DNA of 64,000 bases, taken from Mytilus trossulus. Its lineage: Eukaryota. This document shows positions 54,044 through 64,000 of the stretch, one piece after another. The notes beneath the pieces are model-generated. The model made no database searches. It worked only from the letters and a program-made list of their open reading frames with translations, and was not told where the DNA came from. Each line of letters begins with the position of its first letter. Position 1 is the stretch's first letter. The stretch covers positions 31,496,001 to 31,560,000 of the forward strand of contig NC_086381.1 in NCBI RefSeq assembly GCF_036588685.1, written 5' to 3'. The position numbers and the translations under genes are program-made.

Positions 54044-57000
54044 ATGCTGGTTCATATTCTGGACGCCAATCTTTGCTCCTTTATTATGTCATTCACTAAC
54101 AAAACAATTATGAAACTTAGAAATGGAAAAATACTAAATACTAAACTTGTTCAAAGGGTATCTACACGTCTCAATCTTCAAAATCGGTTATCTAAAAATA
54201 CTACCATCGCTAACATTTTTAACAATAAAAATCGTGGTTACCCTTCTATCGATAAGTGTCATGCCAAATAATGACTTACATGTCCCCGTCTTTCCACCAA
54301 CAATACGGTAAGGTCCACGTTTAATGGTCGCACATTTTCTTTAAATTTTGAAACTGATATAACTTGAAAAACAAACAGTATTATTTATTTACTCACATGA
54401 AACAAACCGGTGTGGTATTCAGTACGTAGGAAAAACTGGAAGAAATTTATCTAAACGCACTCAAGAATATCTGTATCGTTTTAAAAGACCAAATAAATTC
54501 AAAGTATCATTTACCAACACCTTAAGAAGCACAACCATCCTTTTAAATATTTAGCAGTTCAACCTTTAGAAGTAGTAAATAAGCAGCCTGGTGAATCGCA
54601 TTCAAAGTTTGTACGATCACGGAAAATAATTGAATTGAATTGGATTAAAAAATTACAGACAGTTTACCCTCTCGGTCTAAATAATAATATCATGGGAATT
54701 GGTAATATATCTAGAACCAATTCCGTTAACATTTTGGATATAGTTTCTAAAACTGTTCGTAAAAACCGTTCTCACGGTCGTAGAACAAATCGCAATCAAA
54801 GAAAATTTCGGGCCAATCATACCAATATTTCGGACCTAATTTCTATTTCAAAAAACAACGGCAGACATTATCTGTTAACAAAACTCTGTTCGTTGCCGGT
54901 TAATAAGTTAAATAAAATTTTGGAGGATTGCAACACAATTTCATATAGCAGTCCTAAGTATGAAATTGTTCAAATTATTATGGCATATTGTTATTCCAAA
55001 TTATTTCCAAAAATTGATCGCCCTGAAGATCATAAAAAACATTTTATTAAAATTAAGTATGTCAATAAAGGCTTTGATTTTGTATATATTGCCGGTATAT
55101 TTAACGACCATTCTGTTAAAGAACAAATTCCTGGATATTTTGACAATACTGAGCTACCTCTTATTTGTTATATGTACAAGAAATCTACCCGGAAATTTGT
55201 GTTTAATTATAGTCAATTGTGTAAAGATGTTAATATCAGTGAAACTACACCTACTTCATGTAATTGCAGTAATTCCGAATATATTTATGGACCCATTTCC
55301 CATGTTATAACAAGAGATCTTAACATCGTTCAAGACCGAGAGTTAAAATCATTCCTCAGTAAAGGACCTAAATATCGTCCCCCGTCTATTATTAATTGGA
55401 ATGAGTGTCGTAATATCTCCACGACTCACTCCATACTTACTGTATGAAATGGATAAAACGGGAAAAAGTTGACAAAAAATCTTTGGACTCTTTTTATAAT
55501 TCAGTAATGAAGATAGTTGATATACGTATTCAACATTTTAAAGAACATTTTACTATTAACAATAACCACAATAAACCTATTTCTCGTATCAAACATAAAC
55601 TAAAAGAACTAGCCAAGGAATTTGTTTTTGTCCCGGCCGATAAAGCTGCTAATAATATTATTATTGTTTGACGTAAATTTTACATTGAGGTTCTGAAACA
55701 GGAAATCACCATTTCACCAACATTCAAACTGACTCCATTTTCAGAAAACGAAATCTGTAACAAACATAAACTTTTAGCCACCGCTTTACAGGCAGAGCCA
55801 AATACAATGAAAGTCCCAACTATGTATTGGCTTCCGAAGCTACACAAAACCCCTTACAAATATAGATTTATTTCGTCTTCAAGCCATTGTTCAACTACTA
55901 AATTGTCTATTCTTCTTACCAGCACACTTGGTACAATTAAAAACCTTATAATAAATTGTTCAAATAAGGCCTTCGAAAATAGTGGAATAAATTACTTTTG
56001 GAGTGTCAAGAACTCGTTGGAAGTACTTGATAAATTGCATGCTTATATTGGTGATTTTGAATCTGTTCAAAGTTTTGATTTTTCTACCCTGTATACCATG
56101 TATACCACATTGCCTCACATTCTCATTAAGAAAATAATCACACACCTAATTAAATGGGCATTCAAAAAATCAGAATGTGAATATATATGTTCAAACTCTT
56201 TTAGGTCATTTTTTAGTAGCAATAAACAAAAAAACTATGTTAATTGGACATGCTTTGATACTATATATGCCCTTGAATTTTTACTAGATAACATTTTTGT
56301 TCGCTTTGGGGATTCCGTATATCGTCAGATTATCGGAATTCCAATGGGGACTAACTGTGTACCACTTATTGCGGACCTCTTTTTGTATTGTTATGAGTTA
56401 CAATTTATGACAAAAATAAGCAAAGACCCATCAAAACAACATCTGATAAACACAATTAATAATACTTTTAGATATTTGGATGATATTTTGGCTCTCAATA
56501 ATGACGACTTCAGTTTGTATATTAATGAAATTTATCCTGCTGAACTTACTTTAAATAAAGCTAATACTAACAATGACCACTGCCCTTTCCTCGATCTTGA
56601 TATCTATATCACTAACGGAAAGCTGAATACTAAAATTTATGATAAAAAGGATGATTTTTCATTTCCTATTGTTAATTATCCGTTTTTAGATGGTGACGTT
56701 CCCTTGTCACCATCTTACGGTGTTTATATATCTCAACTTGTACGATTCGGTCGTGTATGTAACAATGTTTTAGATTTTAACGAGAGAAATTTATGTATTA
56801 CTGATAAATTATTACACCAGGGTTTTCGATATCACAAACTAGTCAAAACATTTACTACATTTTATCATCGATATAAAGACATCATTCGTAAATATAGCTC
56901 AACATGCAGACTTCTTATACGTTCAGGTATTTCACATCCAATTTTTTATGGAAATATTCTGTATAAAGCACAAAGGTGTCAGTATTCACCTCAGAAACTT

Positions 57001-57123
57001 ACAAAACCTTTGAATAGACTTATTAAGAAGGGATATAATTACAATACTGTTGTCAAGTCATTAAAGATTGCATATTTTGGCGTTAATATTGAGTCACTGA
57101 TAAGGTCTTTGCGTCGGAACTAA
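54044..57123 (+). pseudogene. Naiad EN-RT polyprotein ORF with four Sec (TGA) codons, one TAA and three frameshifts
   Basis: ORF pieces 54044-54271, 54272-54634, 54635-55420, 55444-55671 and 55672-57123 join into one protein; lesions: TAA 54269, frameshifts ~54410, ~54504, ~55418, 9-bp duplication ~56090. Confidence 0.85.
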
Positions 57124-57173
57124 ACACATTTATTCTAAAAACAGTTGTTGGCATGACACGGGTTATGTTCTTC

Positions 57174-57240
57174 TCATATATGTTATGATGGTATGATACC
57201 AAACCCCTAACGGGAAGGATTGTGCCTGATGTTCATATGA
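57174..57240 (+). promoter_or_regulatory. SECIS element (type 2)
   Basis: tcatat..ATGAt-ggtatgatacc-AAA-ccc ctaac ggg-aa-ggattgtgcc-tGAt..atatga; ~50 nt after the ORF stop. Confidence 0.85.
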
Positions 57241-58584
57241 TGAAATCATAATCTTTCAGTCAGTTTAATTGAAGTCTGGAGCTGGCATGTCAGTTAACTG
57301 CTAGTAGTCTGTTGTTATTTATGTATTATTGTCATTTTGTTTATTTTCTTTGGTTACATCTTCTGACATCAGACTCGGACTTCTGAATTTTAATGTGCGT
57401 ATTGTTATGCGTTTACTTTTCTACATTGGTTAGAGGTATAGGGGGAGGGTTGAGATCTCACAAACATGTTTAACCCCGCCGCATTTTTGCGCCTGTCCCC
57501 AGTCAGGAGCCTCTGGCTTTTGTTAGTCTTGTATTATTTTAATTTTAGTTTCTTGTGAACAATTTGGAAATTAGTATGGCGTTCATTATCACTGAACTAT
57601 TATATATTTGTTTGGGGGCCAGCTGAAGGACGCCTCCGGGTGCGGGAATTTCCTGCTACATTGAAGACCTGTTGGTGACCTTCTGCTGTTGTTTTTTATT
57701 TGGTCGGGTTTTGTCTCTTTGACACATTCCCCATTTCCATTCTCAATTTTATTATTATTAAATACGTAAGACAAAGACAAAACATTTATTGAAACATAAA
57801 ATATTTACCGTAATAACTTTTATTAGCCACTTTTATTTAAATTTCCAAATTTAACACAGTTCTGGCTTTTTTCTGTCATACCAGTCAAAACTCGGGATAA
57901 TTGACCTCTTTAACTGATATGCCTTAAGTTGTCACATGCAGAAACAAACTTACTTTTTTACCAACCTTGATAATTCGACAATGTATGCGTCAATAAGATG
58001 TCAACTGAACAAAAATAACGAAAGACAACTAGTGAGTCATATACAATCTTCAACAACTATTAAATCTATATGTATTGTGCATAAATTAAACAGCAACAGA
58101 TCGATATTCAACTCCGATTCCCCCCCCCCCCCCCCCCCAAAAAAAAGTTTTGTTTTTATTAAGATAAAAAAAAAATACGACAGCTAGTGCATTAGAAATC
58201 TGCACCATTCTGATAAATGTGATAATCAAATGTGTAGGATTTATTTTTCAAAGATTTTATCACAAATCTCGGAAAACGGAAACCAGATAAAAGTCGTATA
58301 AAACTCTGGCCTTTACATAACATTCTGATTGCTAACGAAATCAGATTAAATTTCATATTCAGAAATGACTTAAAAAACAGGAAACAGGAAAATATGTCAA
58401 AAGTTATCCAAATCTAAGATTGTTTTGTCAATGTTTACCAAATATGTGCAGCGTATAAATATTCAATGAATCTCATTGAAACAATATTTAGGATAAATAT
58501 TAAAGTCAAAAGCTTTGTTCTACAAAATCAATCAAAATTTGAGTAGTAAATATAAATGTGACGTTTCAGTCAAATCTTCAGTTG

Positions 58585-59023
58585 ACTGAGCGTCACTGAT
58601 GAGTCTTATGTTGACGAAACGCGCGTCTGACGTACCTAAAATATAATCATGGTACTATTTACACAACTGGGTCGATGCCACTGCAAGTGGACGTTTCGTC
58701 CTCGATGGTATCATCAGCCCAGTAGTCAACACTTCGGTTTTGACATGAATATCAAATATGTGTTCATTTTTATAAATTTCCTGTTTACAAAACCTGAATT
58801 TTTATTTCGTAAAACTAAGGATTTTTGTTTGTCCTAGGCAAGATTACATTAGCCGTATTTAGTATAACTTTGGGGAATTTCGGATCCTCAATGGTCTTCA
58901 ACTTTGTACTTGTTTAACTTTATAACTATTTTGAGATGAGCATCACTGGTGAGTCTTATGTAGACGAAACGTTCATCTGGCGTACTAAATTATAATCCTG
59001 GTACTTTTGATACCATAACTATT
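58585..59023 (+). mobile_element. retrozyme: complete 350-nt monomer bounded by two type I hammerheads
   Basis: HHR1 at 58591-58632 (intact CTGATGA/GAAA/GTC, cleavage after 58627); HHR2 at 58941-58982 (CTGGTGA, mutated); spacing exactly 350 nt. Confidence 0.88.
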
Positions 59024-59329
59024 GTAAAGCTGTGGATAGTATTTATATTTCGAATATATCTAAATTTTCAATGGACCTGCGAAGTAAAAGAAAAAAGGAA
59101 TGTTCAAACAAACTTATTAGAACTGTATAAGTAGGGCTATTGATTAGTCTCAATAGACATGTTCATTATAAGCCGATACCGAAACCGGAACCGATACCGA
59201 AACCAAAATTATTAGTGAGGTAATTGATAAATGTTGATAATGCTAATTACCTCAACTCTCAAACTCTATTGTATTGTTTAGAATTTGAATACAATAGATG
59301 GAGTATTACTTCAAAAGTATGAATAATTC

Positions 59330-59523
59330 GAAATACTAAGGATTTGTTTTTTTATTATTACTGTAGCCGTATTTTGCACAACTTTTTTTGTAATTTTGCT
59401 CTTCAACTTTATACTTGATTTTCTTTTTAATTATTTAATCTCAGTATCACTGATGAGTTTTATGTAGACGAAACCTTCATCTGTCGTATCAAATTTTAAG
59501 CCTGGTATCTTTGACAGCTATGT
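59330..59523 (+). mobile_element. degenerate retrozyme partial monomer
   Basis: actaaggattt...gccgtatttt..caactttt...tcactgatgagttttatgtagacgaaac...cctggtatctttga. Confidence 0.75.
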
Positions 59524-59659
59524 TCGTCAATTTATCCATTTATCTGAAACTATCAAAATAGAAAACTGAAATTCAACCATTATTGAAAACAGTGTTGCAA
59601 GTAATATACAATTTTAAAATATGTTGATGAAATTCATTTATGATATACATAATTCATGA

Positions 59660-60190
59660 AGCAGTATCGTCGTTGGGAACGAGCTGCAAATGGTTTAATA
59701 ATAGGTGCAATATTGTTCCGACTACATCTATTATTTTATAAATTTTCATTCGTCTTATAGAGTGTTCTAGTTCTACATAAACTCTTCCTGTACTAATCTT
59801 TTCATTGAAACATTTGCTTTGATCGCAGATTTTTGGCATTTTGATTGGGTAGCTGCATTACAGTATATGGTGTTCCAATATGATGTTCAGATGGATATAT
59901 GGTATCGCCAAGTACGTAACAATCACAGGAAACGGAAATATCTCGTGTGGACCTATCGCATCCATCAAAGCTTAAGTCATTGCGTCATTGTTATGACCTA
60001 TGAAACCAGGTTTGATGTATCTTATTTTCTCCCTTATGTATATTATGTTTGCGTATCAAAATACAGTGTATATGACAATGTCCAATATAAAACAATGGTG
60101 TTTTTTGGTTTGGCGATTTATTCTTTGGGAGGGGTCATCAATAGATAAAAAAAAAACTCCCAATTCTGGCCAATCACCCTTCATATATTA
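59660..60190 (-). pseudogene. Harbinger/PIF-type DDE nuclease (HARBI1/DDE_Tnp_4-like) relic
   Basis: broken minus-strand motifs: KGDWPEL..SID, FYIGHCHIHC, IRYIKPGFIGHNNDA, VLGDTIYP, FNEKISTGRVYVE(LE)HSIRRMKIYKII. Confidence 0.7.
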
Positions 60191-63100
60191 GGCATGTACT
60201 ATATAATTATAACAAATAGGCATATAGAAAAGAAACAATAACGATGATGCTTATTTTAATATGGAGTTCACAATATAGCAGCTGGCTCCTTATTGTAAGT
60301 TTTATTACAAATCAAACCAAAAGTGTTACATGTAAAATTCCATGTCAAAACGAAAGAAGCCATTCTGTTAATCTGTTTCTGTATCTCATTTTTGAAATCA
60401 TTACAAAATCCTACAAAACTTGTCATTTTAATTAAAATGTGCACATTCTATATCCTCAAATGGTTTCATCTTCAATCGAATTAAAAAATAAGAATCATTA
60501 TAAATTCTTTATGTTTTGTCTATTTTTTTTAATTTTTTTTGTAGCAGTTTAGTGTTTTTGTTTTCCATTTATAGTTGATGTGTTTCCTTTGGTTTTGGTT
60601 TGAGACTAGGATTTCTTTTTGCTTAAACGATTCATGACTTGAATAGCGGTATACTATTATACTGTTGCTTTTAATTATATAATGACCCTGTCCAATGACT
60701 AATTTACAAACATCTATTTTTATTTGTGTAATCATCAGTGATTTGATAGAACAACATAGAAACAATCATTAAAACAACCTTTGAAAATGACTTCAATTGA
60801 TTCCCTTAAACATGTTAAATGTCACAAACATAATGTAATTGTTAGAATGATGTTCATAACTACAAAGAGGTAGGACACCACTTAACGACGTTCATAAGTT
60901 ACCTTTTGGCTGAGGCAACTGCAAATATCATAGGATATCACCAACAATGGTCTTACGCGGGGAAGGATTGGGAATCGAAGCGTTGGTCTAAAGATAAAAA
61001 CACGTTTCTAATCATATGTATGTTTTTGCACTGTCACTGTAGGATTATGTTAAATTGTAGAAATAGTCATTGCAACACAATACTTATTTGTGGTTTGGAG
61101 ATTTTGTCCGTTTCCTTATATAATCATGTTAGTAATAAAGTTATATTGTAATAAAGGCAGAGCTGCTTCTTCAACACTATAAATGTTAAAATTGGTTCAA
61201 TTATCAATGATCTTTTAAATTAAAACAAACACACACGATATTAACCCAAACTCATCTATTTTTCTACTCTCATCTTGGTTGACCAATGTATATCAAAAAT
61301 GAAGAGCTCCATTACACAAAAAAACGCAGGTAGTGGTTGTTATGATTTGTAAGTTTAAATGTTCAAGCTTTTTCAGCATAGATTTATTGACTGGACTAAA
61401 CTATAAGCCACCGATCAATAAAAAATAGGTTATTTTCGTGAACAAATTAAATATATAAGAAAAATATTTAACACAGAAACATGTTTCGCTTTTATATAAA
61501 TTTGATAGTTTTACGAAATGTTAAATCAAAATGCCAATATTGTAACATGTGAACTATGCAAAAAAAAAAATATACCGAACTCCAAGGTATATTGAAAACA
61601 AAATGTCCCTAAAATATGCTAAGTCAATAAACGATAGAAGGTGTAGGGTTAAACAATCTTCTAAGAATATCATAAGGCTAATACAACTGGAAACTACACA
61701 AGTCAATACTACTGAATTTTCATTCGTGATTCTACTTCAAACTGACATTATAATAAAGTGTAAGAATTAATTTTTTAACTAAGCAAAAGTTTCAATGACA
61801 ATAGTCCATCACTGAGGAGGCACACACAAGTTATTTCCGTAGAAGTTATCTAAGTTTTTCTAAACAAATTTGTTGTTCGTTTACTTTTTCTTTGGTTGTT
61901 TGTTTACTTCTTTCTTCTAGAAAAATGTGGCGCTGTCGCCTGAATGATTTTTGTTTATTATAGTCATAAAAGATTTAGAGATTAGAACGTACTAAAATTC
62001 AAATGTATATGTAGGATTACAAGTAATATATTCCTACCTGAGGAAAGACCTTATTGTTTTTGTTATTTTTTGTTATTTCTTTTATCTTCCAGCATTTTTT
62101 TGTCACGCCAAAATACCGCTTTTATTGGAGTTTTCAATTTTGTACCATCGATAGTCTTCATCATGAAATTTCACCAGATGAACTTTTGTAGGATTTCGTC
62201 ATCCCAGTTAGAAGTTATCTCCCTTTTATTATTTTTTTCAATATGTCCCCCTCTTCATGGTTCTTAAAGATAGCAGGACTTTATTTGGACAAAAGGTAGA
62301 TCTCAACATGATGTATTACCATATAAGGCTGCATAGGATTTCATCACCCCCATATGAGAGTAATATTTCCTTGAAGCAATGTCTTTCTTTGCATATTCCT
62401 CAAAAAATATTAGAGATAGAATCGATTTGAAAACGGCAACATGTACAAGACCAGATTGCAATGTTAATAAACGTATACAATTATTTTGTTGTTAATCTTT
62501 ATTAGGAGTTATTCCCCTTGTAAAAATATACACATTTTTTTTTAAATTGTATTTCGAGAACCGAAAGTCGTAGAGACTTGGGACCTACAATGATACTATT
62601 AAGTTCATGTGTCCTTCAATTAACACTCAAGGTCAAAGGTCACCGAGTGCCAAAAAAAAATATGCTGCAATTTTAAGCTTGCATATAAAGAAAACGATTA
62701 GAGTTTGCTGCATACATACTATGAACAAAATGTTCCTCTCGACATGCTCTACATTTTATACATTAAGCTAAAAAATGTCCAACCGTCTGTTCAAAAGTTA
62801 CATCAACATAATTCTTTATTTAACAATTTACAGGATATGGTCGGAATAAGATGTAGCATCGTTTCGAGTGAATTTTAGTCAAAACGCCTTTTTTTTAATA
62901 ATCGAGTTGACCTTATTTGACCATATAAGCGATGTAAACATAAACATATATATGAATAGATTAAGCAACTCGTGCGTTTTTATAGGTACATTAAATTTTC
63001 TATAGTAAATTTAAAATTTATGTTTATCGTCGTTTTAACCTTTATAAGAATGATTTTGTGTGGATCGAATCAGTTAATCAAATTATATACCTAGTTTCAC

Positions 63101-63553
63101 TTTCAATGTTGATATTCTTTTCCTTGAAATATCCGTACACAGACAATGCATGCGTTATTCTATCTCTTTCTACGGGGTTAAAATTAAACTGCAAAGATAA
63201 TCAGTAATGCAAGACCTTCAATGTGAGGTCAATGTTACCTCATGATGAAATTTAACCTTGACCTTCAAAGTGTACTATGACCTTGACCATTTTACATTTA
63301 GAACGTCAAGTGGTCCTGAGTTAAATGGTGGTTGTCCTATGCCTCTATGACTTCCGGTTGTCAAGTTGTAACCTAAGGGTAGGAGTTATGGCGGCATAAG
63401 ATTTCAATGTCTTGGCGGCACCCTCGAAATTTACTAGCTAAAAATAAAAGCATGTTATGCAAATATCTTTAATTATATGATCACATAATCAACGTCACAT
63501 ATATGAACATTGATTGTTTACATTGGGACTTGTCAGGTTTACTACACGATAAT

Positions 63554-63935
63554 ATGGCGACTTTAGAAACTATTGCCGATCTTAAGTCTGTTGTCATGAG
63601 TTTTGAATCAAATGTAACACTCTTTACATCAAGGCTAGACTCTGTTGAACAAAACTTAACACATCTAATTACTGCGGTCAAGTCAGAGTTGGTGCAAGTA
63701 AGGTCAGATCTTAGTACTACACAAACGGAGGTGGAAAAGCTTAGAACAGATCATAACGAGATAATGAGAGGTATAGGGCAAATAGGCATAACTCAATACT
63801 TTAAAAATGAAAAAAAATGGAATGTCTGAAAAAAGGCATCGACGACAAACTTTTGGCATTGACAGAAAATGAACATTTTCTTGAGAAACATGACTGTAAA
63901 TACAATATTCTCATTTACGGTATAAAACAAAAGCA
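63554..63935 (+). mobile_element. LINE ORF1-like relic (coiled coil + LEKHDxKYNILIYGI)
   Basis: heptad-rich MATLETIADLK...EVEKLRTDH; after a frameshift DDKLLAL..FLEKHDCKYNILIYGIKQ; interrupted by a retrozyme fragment. Confidence 0.6.
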
Positions 63936-63941
63936 AGTTAT

Positions 63942-63999
63942 TTAGACGAAATCGCGTCTGGCGTACTAAATTATAATCCTGGTACCTTTGATAACTATT
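63942..63999 (+). mobile_element. retrozyme 3' fragment
   Basis: tagacgaaatcgcgtctggcgtactaaattataatcctggtacctttgataactatt. Confidence 0.75.
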
Positions 64000-64000
64000 G

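Larger units (their letters stand above)
53996..57759 (+). mobile_element. Penelope-like retroelement, Naiad type (N-terminal GIY-YIG EN + RT), selenoprotein-encoding, decayed copy
   Basis: EN: IIYLLT-U-NKP.CGIQYVGKTGR.L.KR...E.NWIKKLQTVYPLGLN; linker KGPKYR, FVPADKAANN; RT: YWLPKLHK, FDFSTLYT, QIIGIPMGTN, RYLDD, FLDL, YDKKDDF; borders defined by resumption of similarity to the GPCR1 upstream region (41355/41385). Confidence 0.92.

Noticed and set aside
54635-55671. ORFs of 270 aa and 75 aa as separate genes
   Set aside because: They are pieces of the single Naiad polyprotein, split by a frameshift and a Sec TGA.
57241-57330. Second SECIS downstream of the first
   Set aside because: No convincing AUGA/GA core with a correctly spaced helix and apical AA.
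62035-63400. Helentron/MITE-like repeat fragments (gaaagaccttattg, tgaccttgacc motifs)
   Set aside because: Probably repetitive, but borders and class cannot be determined from this window.

Overview
AT-rich metazoan genomic DNA, most likely from a bivalve such as Mytilus (inferred from the C1q-domain gene, the ~350-nt hammerhead repeat and the repeat landscape). Host genes: (i) the 5' part of a GABA-B receptor subunit-2-like gene on the minus strand, with 10 coding exons reconstructed at GT-AG borders (13845 to <1; Venus-flytrap domain up to TM1); (ii) a C1q-domain pseudogene (+, ~22.2-23.0 kb) whose last exon is split by a 133-bp antisense LINE 3' end; (iii) three tandem orphan class A GPCRs with intronless CDSs (-, 38.9-52.3 kb), which have NRL in place of DRY and a positionally conserved CArG box upstream of a non-coding first exon. 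The most striking system is a near full-length Penelope-like retroelement with a GIY-YIG endonuclease N-terminal to its RT (Naiad type, ~54.0-57.76 kb). Four of its in-frame TGA codons fall at conserved Cys positions and a canonical SECIS hairpin follows the stop codon, so it is a selenoprotein-encoding retrotransposon (this copy is decayed). About ten type I hammerhead-ribozyme (retrozyme) insertions are scattered through the window, all on the + strand, including a complete 350-nt monomer. Also present: a Ty3/gypsy LTR+gag relic with nested insertions, a solo LTR with a TSD, fragments of a second PLE family, a Harbinger-type nuclease relic, a LINE ORF1, a tRNA-like repeat with an inverted arm, and minisatellites. 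All calls were made by eye; no database searches were run.
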